Positions 1 to 13,454 are shown, counted from the first letter of the stretch. The stretch: 64,000 nt of DNA from Octopus sinensis (GCF_006345805.1 NC_043010.1:34286001-34350000); one strand, 5' to 3'. Program-made: numbers and translations. Notes: generated by a model from the sequence alone, not told the origin.

Positions 1-332
1 TAGATAGATAGAGAAATGCCACTACAGTCACATACATACACACATATGCACACACACACTCTAACACACACACACATGCACATTCATATTCACACACATA
101 CACAAACGCATGCTGAGGCAGTTGAATAGATAGATAAGCAGCAATTTATATAGCAGAGCTGTTCCTTTAAAGACCATAATATTACCTGGAGGTCTGACCC
201 AAGTAAAGAAGCAAGAGGATTGTAAAAGAAAGAAGCTGACAAATCAATACTTCTCCGAACTGAACGCTATTCATTCTAGCCATGTTCACACACACACACA
301 CGCATACACATACACTATACATACATACATAT

Positions 333-394
<62 letters not shown>

Positions 395-610
395 TTATTC
401 ATATACATACGTTTATATGTACATATATATATATTTTTTCCCTTTCTAGTTTATATTTTTTAAAAACTTTTTTTGATGTTTTTTTTTTCCTTCTTTTTAC
501 TTACAACCATTGATTTTCTTCTACTGGTACAGATTCTGGAGAATTTTTGTATAGCAAGTAGGAGATGTCTGTGCTAAGATGGCAGATAGCAATTTTTTTT
601 GTTGGTGTTG

Positions 611-660
<50 letters not shown>

Positions 661-750
661 TCCACATGGGCTTTATCAATACAAATGTACATCACATCTT
701 TGTATCCTATTCAACTATTTTCTTCTGCCTACCCACTCTTGCAGCATATC

Positions 751-809
<59 letters not shown>

Positions 810-1573
810 TCACACACACTTGGGGCTCTATCATTACAAATGTACATCACTTCTAATATATCTTAGACTATTTTCTACCTCTACCACATTGCTGTTTTAT
901 TAATATTTATTATTATAATTACATTGGGGGGACCCCCCACCCTGTTTTCTATACAAATGTACATACATCAGTTCTATATTCCTGGAGTAGTTTCCTTTCA
1001 CTATCACCCCCACCTCCCACCCCCGCTTGTCCACAGCCTCATCCTATACCGTCTTCATCCTCTCAGCTCTCTAAACTGTACCCTACATGCACACATATTT
1101 CTAGCAGTGATGGTGTAATGTGTAGTGTTTTTCAGCTAGATTTACTGATGATGATGAGAATAAGAGAGAGAGGGAGAGAGAGGGAGAGAGAGGGAGAGAG
1201 AGGAAGAGAGAGAGGAAGAGAGAGAAGGAGAAAGAGAGAGGGAGAGAGAGAGAGTCTAGTGATTCTCTTTACTTACAATATGAATTCTTTGACTGCGTGG
1301 ACCCCCTCCTTTACACTCTGTGTGGGAGGTATTTAAGCAAATAATTAAATCTTGATGATATTTTAAAGTTTCTTACAGCTTACTTGTTTATACATACATG
1401 CATACATACACATACATACATACATACATACATACATACATACATACATACATACATACTTACATATACACATACATATGTATATTATATATATTGTATA
1501 ATAATATATATTGCACACAAACACACATATATATTATATTTTTATTATATATGTTATATGTATTTTATATAGC

Positions 1574-1629
<56 letters not shown>

Positions 1630-1632
1630 CAT

Positions 1633-1683
<51 letters not shown>

Positions 1684-1733
1684 CACTTACATAAATACAT
1701 ATACATATATATAATATATATATACATACATAT

Positions 1734-1805
<72 letters not shown>

Positions 1806-1994
1806 TATATAAGACACTCATGTGTATGGATATGTATGAATAAGTATAGTTGAATATGTGTAGTTTTTTCATTACTCAATTCCTGGCACCACATACAATC
1901 TCATGTCATAATTAATCTCTATGTGAGATATTTACCAAACAATTAACCCCATGGAATTTTTAGCCATTATATATCTTGGTGAGTGTATGTGTGT

Positions 1995-2034
<40 letters not shown>

Positions 2035-2286
2035 TGTGTGTTGTGTGTGTGAGTGTGTGTGTGTGTGAGTGAGACCAATGAATATAATGATATACTGAAC
2101 CAGGAAAAGAGAATATTTAATACTTAGTATCTATGTGTATGGACATACATACATACATACATGCATATCAATACCCACATACATAAATACATATACATAC
2201 ATACACATGCATGTGTATATATATATATATATGTCCAACCCATGCTAGCATGGAAAGCGGATGCTAAACGATGATGATGATGATGA

Positions 2287-2345
<59 letters not shown>

Positions 2346-2573
2346 TATATATACATACACACACACATTACACACACACATACACACACCCACACAAACA
2401 AAACACACACACACCCACACACACATTACACACACACACACACAAACACTGTGTATATTGTTGATTGATCTATGATGTGAGAGATTTAAGTAATAATCAA
2501 ATCTGGTTTATATTTTAAATCTCCTTAGATGTTTAGATCTCATTTGTATATTTTCTGCCCCCACCACACACGT

Positions 2574-2616
<43 letters not shown>

Positions 2617-2733
2617 CATATGTATGTGAGTGTATAGTTGTTTTTGATGTTTAGCTCCTGATCATCACTGATCCAGGAGATCTATGATCAAAGACAGTCA
2701 ATCCATGACCACCCCATCTTTCATTTTGGCAGT

Positions 2734-2789
<56 letters not shown>

Positions 2790-3240
2790 ATAATCCGATG
2801 TGTCCTCTTTTTCTTAAATCTGTAGGCTAGCATTTGAGGGAGATATAGCTGCTAATTTTTGCATGTTAGGCAACTACATAGAGACTTTCTTGTGCATTTG
2901 TGTCTCCATGTGTGTGTGTGTGTGTGTGTGTGTGTGAGCTACTGAGGAAAAAAAACACAAAAACAATGAATTTGGAAGATGAAGATAACACAAAAGATAA
3001 AGTAAGCAAAAAAAAACAAAAAAAACAACAAAAGCTATAAAACACCAATAAGACAGAATAAACCCATAGAAATAAGGCAGTGAGTGGAGGGTAAATTGAG
3101 AAAATGGGAAGAGAAACTAAATGAAAAAGAAAGGAAGAAAAATTGAAGTATTCAATAATCTAACTAACTATCAATCAATATGCCAATCGATATGTCAATC
3201 TATCTATCTATCTATCTGTCTATCTGTCTATCTATCTCTC
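1..3240. repeat. Dense compound microsatellite block: (CA)n, (TA)n, (TAT)n, (GA)n, (TACA)n, (GAT)n, (CTAT)n
   Basis: Directly visible; explains most ORF-track entries here. Confidence 0.95.
186..283 (-). CDS. Candidate first coding exon with signal-peptide-like sequence (MARMNSVQFGEVLICQLLSFTILLLLYLGQTS+AG); gene continues left of the window; product unknown
   Basis: ATG at 283-281 in aacATGG context; 32 codons + 2 nt; hydrophobic core LICQLLSFTILLLLYL; ends at a strong donor CAG|GTAAT (GT at 185-184). No downstream exon is available to confirm. Confidence 0.45.
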
Positions 3241-3889
3241 AATCTATTCCCTAAAAGGTCTCTTTGTATACTTTGATGGTGAGTCATCTATGCAAATCCT
3301 AGTGCAAGAGAAGGTATTTACTGCTAATGTGGTAACATTTTCTTCCTTTCTCTGTCTGTTTGTCTGTTCTTTCTTTGGGGGGTTTGAGATGAAAAGTAAA
3401 AAAAAAAAAAAATAGTAACAAATAGACAAAAATAAAAAAATAAAGGAAAAATGTGTTTTGTAAAGTATCTTGTTCTCAATAGTCTGAAGTCTTAAGCTCA
3501 GTGGTCACTGTGTGTGAGTGTGTGTGGGGGTGTGTATATGTGTATATGTCTTCTTTTGATTAAGGGGTTATGGCAGTGGTGGTGGAGGTGACTGCGGTGG
3601 TGGCGACAATGCTAAAGTGAGGAGTTTTCAATGTAGCTTGGAACAGATAGAATGGATATTGTGAAGCTTCATATCCTCATCACCGTAGTAGTGATTGTCA
3701 TGCCGATCATTCTGCGAGCACCAGTCTTATATGCCTCAGTAGCATCATGTCCACATACCTTTAGTCTATTGAAAGCACCCCTTATCTAGTCCAACCCTTC
3801 TACCTTCTCCCTCCCCAGACTACAAACCTTGTAATAATTCCCTCCCGATCATCATCATCATCATCATCATGGTGGTGGTGAGGTAGCAG

Positions 3890-4340
3890 GATCATTAGAA
3901 TATCAAAGAAGCTGCTTAGCAGCATTTTCTTTAGCTCTTTACTTTCTGAATTCAAATTCTGCCAAGATCAACTTTGCCTTTTATCCTTTCAGGGTTCATA
4001 AAATAAGGGCTAGTTGAATACTGGAGTTGATGCAATCAACTAGCTCCCTTCCTGAAAATTTCAAGCCTTGTGCCTATGGCAGAAAAGTATTTTTATTAGT
4101 ATTAAGGTGGTGAACTGGCAGTCATAAGCATATCAAACAAAACACTTAGCAATATTTCTTCTGGCTGTTTATATTCTGAATTCAAATTCTTTCAAGGTTG
4201 ACTTTGCCTTTCATCTTTTTGGAATCGATAAAATAAATACCAATTAAATACCGGGGTTGATGTAATCTTCCCCCTCCCTTTAAAACTGCTGGCCCTGTGC
4301 CAAAATTTGAAACCATTATTATTATTATTATTATTATTAT
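3890..4340 (+). mobile_element. Two tandem SINE family B copies
   Basis: Core ttctgaattcaaattc...ctttgcctttcatc...aaataataccaatt, tail ggccctgtgcc + (ATT)n. Confidence 0.75.
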
Positions 4341-4439
4341 ATTAGCGAGCTGGTATGATCATTAGATCATAGGAAAATAGTTTTCTTCTGCTTTTAACCA
4401 CAACAATTCTGTGTATGTGAATGAGTGTCAGGAATGAAG

Positions 4440-4462
4440 AGAGAGAAGAAAAGGAGAGAGAG

Positions 4463-4516
<54 letters not shown>

Positions 4517-4530
4517 GACAGACAGACAGA
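4440..4530. repeat. (GA)n/(GACA)n microsatellite
   Basis: Directly visible. Confidence 0.9.
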
Positions 4531-5443
4531 GTGAATGTGTTCAATCTATCTCATTTGTGTAAATTTCTGGTGAGGACAGAGCCAACTTAAGGCATGAACA
4601 CACTGAGCAGTTTCCCTGGGGCTTCATAGATTTAAGGGACCAATTCTGATCTACATATGTTGTTTCTCACTGTCAATAAATAAATTCTATAAGGGCTAGT
4701 ACATGGATTTGCCTGGAAGGGGCTATAATGCTATTAAGACGTGAGGATATGGAGAGAGTATTATTTTTTTAATATCCAAAAGAGAAGCAGTATCCATTGA
4801 CTTTTGCTTCCCAGGTCAGTGAAGTTGATGTTTAGCTTCAAATTATCTGGCAGCAGCAGTAGTTATGATTTCTGATTTAAGTACAAAGGTGGAAACACAT
4901 AAGCAATAAAAGTAAGCAATAAAAGATCCCTTTGTCCCGTCTTTGAATTGACATGAGTGGAGGGCTGGGGAATCAATCTAATTGACAATACTCCTTCCTC
5001 TCTAAATTTTATGGCCCTCTCTCTTACATATCATTATGTATCTAATACATTATAGGGATATGAACCCCAATCACAGTTTCATGTGACTGGCATACAAATC
5101 AACCAATCAGCATGAAGCTGTGGCATGATATGGCTTCTCAGATGATCTAAAATTCATCCTCTTTTCACCTTATAAAAACTGTTTGGCACCTAACTGAGCC
5201 AGACAACCTCGGCAGAATGCTAAGACCAGATGGCCTTGGACATGCACGTTGACCACTTTAAGCACTCATAGAAAGCAGACCACAAAGACCAGACCACCTG
5301 GAGCACTCAGACAGACCACCTTGAATAAGAAATGACTTTGGACAATCACACAATGTACCACAGCCGGCCTTTTACAAGATACAGCACATTTCTCTCTTCC
5401 CAGTCAGCAGTTATATTATCAGCATTTTCCCTTTGTAAACAGC

Positions 5444-5850
5444 ACAGGAGTGGCTGTGTAGTAAGTAGCTTGCTTACCAACCACATCGTTCCAGGTTCGG
5501 TCCCACTGCATGGCACCTTGGGCAAGTGTCTTCTACTATAGCCTCGGGCTGACCAAAGCCTTGTGAGTGGATTTGGTAGATGGAAACTGAAAAGAAGCTC
5601 GACATATATATGTATATATGTGTGTGTGTGTGTGTGTGTTTGTGTGTCTGTGTTTGTACCCCCAACATCGCTTAACAACCGATGCTGGTGTGTTTACGTC
5701 GCTGTAACTTAGCGGTTCAGCATAAGAAACTGATAGAATAAGTACTAGGCTTCCAAATAATAAGTCCCGGGGTCGATTTGCTCGACTAAAGGTGGTGCTC
5801 CAGCATGGCCGCTGTCAAATGACTGAAACAGGTAAAAGAGTAAAAGAGAG
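5444..5850 (+). mobile_element. tRNA-derived SINE family A, full length
   Basis: Head caggagtggctgtgtagtaag...gttccaggttcggtccc (A/B-box-like), internal (TA)(GT) tract, tail gaaacaggtaaaagagtaaaag; many near-identical copies in the window. Confidence 0.85.
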
Positions 5851-6751
5851 CTAACACAGTAAACCATGTCCAGCAATAAACATGTTGAAAGTTAAAAGTT
5901 TATGAGTTGCTTCATTTATCATATATGCAGCTTGCCAGATTACATGACAGTGGCCTTCTACAATATATACACATCCGTCATCACAACCCCACAACCCCCA
6001 ACCACGGTGACCAAATAATCACATAGCACTGGTGACAAAGCAACTTCATGACAATATAATGTACTCGGTGCACTTTGTCTATCTTCATGTTCTGAGTTCA
6101 AATTCTGCCAAAGTCAACTTTGCATTTCACCCTTTCAGGGTTGATATAATAAGTACAAGTTAAACACTGGAGTTAATGTAATCGACTTACCAATTCCCCC
6201 CAAATTTGCTGGCCTTGTGCCAAAATTTGAAATCAATATAATGGTTCTTTGTACTTTATAAAGACTCTGGTGTTCAACATTGGCATTCAGCCAAACTTAG
6301 GTGAATCTCAGTTAATGGAAGTTGCCTCAATCATTTTCATGCCTTTCATAAGAGTAATTCTCTCACAGAGATCTAGGGAACACAAAAGCAAAGAAATACT
6401 GCATTTTGATACTGCTCACAGTTAGTGTTTCATTAAAAGAGTCTCACAACACTCAAAAAAATGTTTCAGCTCCTCTTCCTCAGCATTATCATCATTTTAA
6501 CGTCTACTTTCCCATGCCTGTATGGGTTGGACAGAGATTATTGAGGCAGATTTTCAACAGTCACATACCCCTACTGTCACCAACCCTCCACCTTTTTGCA
6601 AGCAAGGTAAAATTTCCCCATAACCAGACATGTTCTCACAGAACATGAGATATGAATGGTATTGTTTGTATGACAGTGACAATCATTTTGCAACTATACC
6701 ATAATGTCAAGATAAGGAGACATAAATGTACACACATTCACACACACACAT

Positions 6752-7157
6752 CAGGCACGTACTGTCAGTAATTACTCAGGGTAGGTAGTTGGTGACCTTT
6801 ATGTAGTAAAACACACAAAAAATAAGCGAAATATAGGTGCACGACTGAGTTGAAGGCAGATTTACTTCTGCCTTTATAGCATGTAAAGAAAACGGTGTTG
6901 TATGAGTGTACGCAGCATGTGTACTACAGCATTACTATGTGTAGCTCAAATACTAAGATTGAAAAGCAGAGGCGAATTATGCCTACCTAATCTACAAAAA
7001 ATAAAATATTTTGCATTTTATGCATAGTAATCAGAGTAACCTTCATAATTTTATTGAATTAGGTGCATATTTTGTCATAAAAGGAAAATGTAGCTATTGA
7101 TCTATCTTATTCAAGGTAGGCACTGCTTATCTTGCCTATCTAAGCAGCACGTTCCTG
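6752..7157. mobile_element. Possible hAT-like non-autonomous element
   Basis: Imperfect TIRs caggcacgtactg / cagcacgttcctg (11/13) and subterminal gcctacct/aggtaggc motifs; TSD weak. Confidence 0.35.
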
Positions 7158-8181
7158 GTATACATGTGTATATATGTATATATATGATGGGCTTCTTTTA
7201 GTTTCAATCTATCAAATTCACCCACAAAGCTTTGGTCAACCCAGAGCTATAGTAGAAGACAGTTGACTAAGGTGTCATGCTGAGGAACTGAAGCCAGAAC
7301 TATGTGGTCAGGAAGCAAACTTCTTGTCTAAATATATTTAGAATTTAAAGAATGATAGTATTAAAAATTATAAAAATGGATTGCTCCCTAGTAAAACACA
7401 AATCTCTCTAATATAAATGGTACCAGAAGATATGATCTTCATCTCTAAGGTAAGTATAACATCCTACTGCAGCCTTTTACAATTTTGAACAAATGATTAG
7501 AATTGGTGAATTCTTGCAAACAATTCCCTCAGTATTTACTGAGGAATTTCCTGATATCACCTGACTAAGATTATTTCCTACATAATAGATTTGCCATACC
7601 CTAAAAAACAGTTACATCCAGAAAAAAACCATTCAGTTTTCCATCAACACTAAAACTGTGTAATCAATGAACATCTTCAGTTTTGTGTAATTTTTACAAA
7701 AGATACTGGAGATATGAAAATATCACATATTTTCATGTTTTGCATGCAAAGAGACAAATGTAATGCATGCTCTGATTGTAACAATTGCAATGCATTGTTT
7801 TAACAGCTTTTTTTTTCCTTGCAAAACCAATCAAATCTTAATGACTAATCAAATTTCAAAGCATTTATGAATATTTTTGCTTTACATTGTCACACTGCTT
7901 CACTTTTTCGTTTCTTCAAATAATCAACAATGTGAAATTCAGAGTAAAATTTCAAACAGCTTTAGTTTATATTTTCATGGCCTGATATGTTTTTATGCAA
8001 AATTAGGAACAAATAACTTTGCTTATGTAATAGTGATGCCCATTTACAATTGTCATGCACACACACACACATACACGGAGAATCCATGTGGTTCTGACTG
8101 CCTAAAAGCTAATTGCAAGCCAGCTAGGTTGAAATTGGAAAGATTCTTTAGATTTTAAAGGATCATAAGCCCTAAAATTAT

Positions 8182-8585
8182 TACTCTTTACTTGTTTCAG
8201 TCATTTGACTGCAGCCATACTGGAGCACCGCCTTTAGTCGAGCAAATCGACCCCAGGACTTATTCTTTGTAAGCATAGTACTTATTCTATCGGTCTCTTT
8301 TGCTGAACCACTAAGTTATGGGGATGTAAACACACCAGCATCGGTTGTCAAGTGATGTTGGGGGGACAAATACAGACACACAAACACACACACGCATATA
8401 TATATATACATACATATATACGATGGGCTTCTTTTAATTTCCATCTACCAAATCCACTCACAAGGCTTTGATTGGCCCAAGACTATAGTAGAAGACACTT
8501 GTCCAAGGTGTCACACAGTGGGACTGAACCCAGAGCCAAGTGGTTGGTAAGCAAGCTACTTACCACACTGCCGCTCCCATGCCTA
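8182..8585 (-). mobile_element. SINE family A, full length
   Basis: Reverse complement of 5444-5850. Confidence 0.85.
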
Positions 8586-9499
8586 TTCTAGAGTAAGATT
8601 CAAATATACATACTCTAGTACCAGATGGATTACTTAACATGCTTTAGGGAATGTTGTATAATTAAAAAATAAACATACAGAAAATAGTTAGTGAACTGAA
8701 TGTTTAATTTTGGGTTTTATGTTAATTTATCAAAAACTGTTGTTCAAATTGATAATTAATCAAATTAGTAGCAAATATTTGAAACATGGAAAATAGGTTA
8801 AAAGAGAAAGGTTATATTGTCATGTTTTATTGGAATTATAATCATATTTGTTAATTAAAATGCCATACAATATATAATCTCATGTTATGGACAACTGCTT
8901 GTTTGTGTGTGTGTGTGTATGTGTGTGATGTTTACAGTCTAATAGCACCAGTTTGTAGACTGTAAAAATATCACAAACACACACATTAACTACACAAATA
9001 TTATATTTTGATAAAAAAAAATTTTAATAAAATGTGATGATGTAGCCTTATTTTTAAATTTGTAATAATTAAGCGAATTGTTGGTTTGAATAACTTTTGA
9101 GTAATTTTCGATAAATTGTATTTTGATCAGCTGTTTGTTTGATTATCATAATTTAGATAGCTTGATGTTCAGATCAGTTGACTGTGGGACAGCAAATGGT
9201 TTGTAGCATGTAACAAATACAGTACAGATTCTGTGACCAAGACACTTAATTCTAAATAGACCAGTTCACTTTATTGTAAACAGATACCGAAATATAGTAA
9301 AATTCCTTAAAATAGGTAGCAGTTGTACAATAAAATTCACATGAAATCCAACAGTGGTGTTTAGCCCCATAGCAGGCCTGATCCAGTAGATATATGATCA
9401 AAGACATTATAGCTGTGCCTTTCACATTTTTTATTCTGACATAAGTATTCTTAGGACTGTAGTAGGTAATATGTCGTTTGTTTATTTTCAAGAATTTAA

Positions 9500-11512
9500 G
9501 GCGTGACTTGTAAGAGATTTGGCTGCTATATTTCTATATGGGATTACAAATTGCACAAATCAGAGAGCAACAGGAAAAAGCGCAATAGGTCAGCCAACCA
9601 TCTCAAGCAGGTGACAAAAAAGGCAGTGCTTGAATTTGAACAACGCATTGCAGCTAACCCTGACAGCAAAGGGTTCTGGAAGTATGTGCACTCAAAGCAG
9701 AGATCCCACTCTCCTGTTGGTCCCCTTCGCAATCCCCACACAGGACAGATTACTGGCAATCCCGAAGAATGTGCAGAAATCATTGCTGGATGCTATGCCG
9801 GCATCTTTACTGTCGAAGACCAAAATGTTCCATCATCATCACCACTATGCAATTTACACCAGCAATGCTGCAACGCCACCTAAAGAATAAACGCAATTAT
9901 GCCTCTCCTGGTTTCGATGGTGTTACATACCAACTTCTCAAACGTGGTGGGTACTTTCTTCTAAGCCAACTTTCTCTATTCTTCCAATTCTGTCTTGACA
10001 ATGGTGTTACTCCAGAACAGTGGAAAACTGCCAGTGTCATCCCTCTGTTCAAAAAAGGCGACCACACATCGCCTGTCAACTATCGCCCCGTCAGTCTTAC
10101 CAGCTGCATCACCAAACTGATGGAATCCTGTATCAGGGAAACCCTCTGGAACTTCTGGAAGTCTCACAGCCTCATCCAGCCGTCACAATTTGGATTTATT
10201 CCTAACTCCAGCTGCTGTAATCAACTCATCGAGTTTCTTGAGGATGTTACCCAAATCACTGATCGCGGATCCTGGGTGGATGTTGTTTACCTGGACTTTG
10301 CTAAGGCTTTTAACTCTGTGCCACACAAAAGACTTATGGTGAAGCTTTCTGCGTTGGGTGTAAGAGACGAACTCTATAACTGGTTAAAGTCCTTTATTTT
10401 CGGCCGAAAAGAGGTTGTCACAGTTCTAGGACAGCACTCTTCGCCCTATGAGATGACATCTGGTGTGCCGCAGGGATCTGTTCTTGGCCCCCTTTTATTT
10501 GTTGCATAAGTTAATGACATAGATGCCAACTTAAAGAATGCCACAGTGCTGAAATATGCAGATGACATCAAGCTGTACCTCGAAATAAAGAGGTCAAATC
10601 CTATACACTATGGATCTCTATTGCAAGCAGACTTGGACACAATGCAGCAGTGGATCATGGACTGGCAACTCAAGCTGGCTGTGGACAAATGTACCACCAT
10701 GCATTTTGGGAGGAGAAACCCAGCGTCCACCTACTCCCTCCACAACACTAGTCTCAAAAAGTCTTCAAGTGAACGTGACCTGGGTGTTATTGTCGACAGT
10801 GATTTGCGTTGGACAAAACACATCGCCAAAATTGTCAAGAAGGCTGAGGGTGTCTTGGCATCCCTCACCAAATCCTTTGTGAGCCGCTCTCCGGCTATCT
10901 ATCTGCGGCTTTATATAGCTATGGTAAAACCTCACCTGGAATTTGCATCACCGGTCTGGAACCCCTATCTTGCCCAGGACATCAATCGTCTGGAAGCTGT
11001 TCAGCGACATGCAACCAAAAGAATACCCTCCATCAGGCATTTGCCATATCCTGAACGCCTTACTTCCCTGGGCATGGACACGTTGAAACTCCGACGCCTG
11101 GCAGCTGACCTGGTAGACACCCATAAAATTATCAACCATCGCACAAACAATAACACTGAGCACCTCTTCAAACTCCACCCATCTAACACCCGTGGACATA
11201 TTTACAAAGTAAGAAAACAGCACAGCTCCCATGACTTCAGGAAACATTTTTTCATGCTGAGAGTTGCTGAAGCGTGGAACAAACTGCCGGCATCGGTTGT
11301 TAGTTGTCGGAGCACTGCATCCTTCAAGACTTCCATGCTTCCTGAGATTCGCCAACACTACACTTGATTTTCTCCCCCCCCCCATACACACACAAGCATG
11401 TTCACTTTCCAGACATTTCTACATTACTGCATGTACTTTATATGCACTTTCTGACAAGTTGTGGTGCACCTGAGCACTGTATACAATAATTTCATTATTA
11501 TTATTATTATAT
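9500..11512 (+). mobile_element. 5'-truncated CR1-clade LINE with a nearly intact reverse transcriptase region
   Basis: FWKYV linker; SPGFDG, WKTASVIPLFKKG, NYRPVSLTS, QFGF, YLDFAKAFNSVPH, GVPQGSVLGPLLF, YADD; C-terminal ERDLGV/LEFASPVWNP/FFMLRVAEAWN. One frameshift near 9835, one TAA at 10507-10509, and an (ATT)n tail at 11494-11511. Confidence 0.93.
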
Positions 11513-11890
11513 TGTCAATTAAGTGAATTGTGGCGCATTCATGGTTTAACTCTTGGTCAACTGTGATCTGGTAAATCCTATGATCAACTGCAATTTGGGA
11601 ATGGATATCCTGTTTTATTTTTATTTTATCAGACTATGTCTAGGGCTTCATTGTCCATTGCATATGCTCTTTGTTATAACAGTAGGCTGTGATTTTGAGC
11701 AGTTTGGTTATTATATTCAGTAGTTTGAGAAAGCACACAGAAAATTTCTTGTTGGCTTAAGGTTTTATATTCTGAGGCCAGTGAGCTGGTTGTTTTAAAT
11801 GATTACAGTAGAGATGGTGATGACACTACATGTTGAGTTAAATTCCTGTAATTTCTAGTTTCCTATCCAAAGAAGAGAATACCTCATTTG

Positions 11891-12123
11891 TTTAAACCTT
11901 TTGTAGTCATATTTCTAATGAAAAACAGAGCCTTTGTTTCAATTAATTTTGAAAATAATAAAGAAATTCATGATATAAATTTGCTATCATTAAGATGTTT
12001 TTTTTAAACATAAATTAACATGATAGTTTGACAGAGGGTTTTTTAATTTAGATCACTTTGAAACTGAAAGTTTGTATCATAGAACCATGACTATCTCAGG
12101 TAGGGTGGTATCTAAAGAGTTAA
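11891..12123. mobile_element. Second TTAA-bounded MITE family, copy 1
   Basis: ttaaaccttttgt ... ggtatctaaagagttaa; shares tttgtttcaattaattttga and tagatcacttt with 13455-13681, 31140-31250 and 51456-51630. Confidence 0.55.
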
Positions 12124-12611
12124 GATGTTCAGAGAACAGAGATGACCCCATCAACTCCCTTCTAATGGTTGAAGGATGCTCTCCAATTCACTATCAAACA
12201 ACTGTGTACAGCCTTATTATAGTGTTTGTCCTGTATACATGAGTCATATATATATATTTCTGTAAAGCTTTAAATAACTCAAATTGAAACAGTTGCTTTT
12301 CTGGTGGGGCTTCCACCCCCTACCATATTCTTTAATAACAAATTTATTGGTTCAATAATAATTCTTTAAATAAAATTATTATGTAAACAGTTGAGAAAAA
12401 CAAAAAAAAAGAACAAAGAAAAAAATGTTATGGAGCAGGGAGATGGAAGTAATGTCACAGCAGTATTTACATGCACAGCATGTTAATTTGAAACTTTATT
12501 TTTGTGAGGACTTGAACATATATATATATATATATATACACCCCCCCTCATCATATATAAATGAAAAAAGAAGAAAAATAATTCAAAACAAACACCCCAA
12601 AAATAAATAAA

Positions 12612-12835
12612 TAAATGCACCCTTTTAAAGCCTAGCCAGGCTCATTGGCCCAGTTTCCCGGTTTCAATGGCGTATGTGTTCCCCAGCTAGACAGGACGCC
12701 AGTCCATCACAGCGTTACTCATTCTTGCCAGCTGAGTGGCTCAAGAATACAACACGTTACCCGGTCTAGGAATCGAAACCACAATCTTACGATCATGATG
12801 CTGACACCCTAACCACTAAGCCACGCACCTCCACA
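12612..12835 (-). mobile_element. tRNA-derived SINE (family C/D type)
   Basis: Head gtggaggtgcgtggcttagtggttaggg...ggtttcgattcc on the minus strand; tail ggctaggctttaaaag. Confidence 0.75.
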
Positions 12836-13454
12836 AACCCCAAAAAATATTTTCAAAAAAAAGAAAAAGAGATAAACAGGAGTTAGGGAACAGGTGACAG
12901 GTTCTTCATAAGAAAAAGAAAAATCAGAACCTCAGGAATATTTACAGGAAGCTACATTAGTTTTTGTCTGCAAGATTGTATATGAAACTCCTTTTGATAT
13001 GTTGAGAAAGAGATTGTTGTTGTTGTAGTAGTAATAACAACAAAAGTTTCTTTATAAATTTTTTAAAAACAATAAGAAATGAACGGAAAATGGAATATTG
13101 TATTGTACCAAGAGACCATAAGAAATTTCGGTGAAGTCTTACAAGCGTGAGAAATGACAGGTGGAATTCTGTTAGATTTTTTTTGAAGGAAAGTTTACTT
13201 CTGTCCCTTCTCTTACATAATTAAAAAGAAAAAAAAAAGTAAGTGGGTTTGAAACAATTTCTTTTGGTTGTCTGAAGAAATTTTCAGATACCAAGATGTC
13301 GGCTTGAAAAAAAACAGAACACGAAACCAAGGAAACACACACACACACACTGAATCGGCCATTATTCTCATGTCATTTATATTATATAGACAGAGACAGA
13401 AAACTTAAATAGAAAGTAACTTTGCAGATTATCGTTAGTTATTTATTTCTTCAG

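Noticed and set aside
182-3048. Numerous ORF-track entries rich in YI/HT/CV/LL/II repeats
   Set aside because: They are translations of (TA)n, (CA)n and (TAT)n microsatellites; only 186-283 has coding hallmarks.
5444-5520. tRNA-like sequences at SINE heads (also 12835, 18125, 22323, 42717, 56311)
   Set aside because: A/B-box-like heads continue into shared SINE bodies and do not form complete cloverleaves, so they are not tRNA genes.
7393-7455. Strong plus-strand donor AAG|GTAAGT near 7449
   Set aside because: All three frames from the nearest upstream AG contain stops, and there are no partner exons.
9544-11391. Antisense and alternate-frame ORFs over the CR1 element
   Set aside because: Shadow ORFs of the relatively GC-rich RT coding sequence.
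9480-11520. Target-site duplication for the CR1 copy
   Set aside because: Only a short aatt(t)aag-like similarity in AT-rich flanks, which is not distinguishable from chance.
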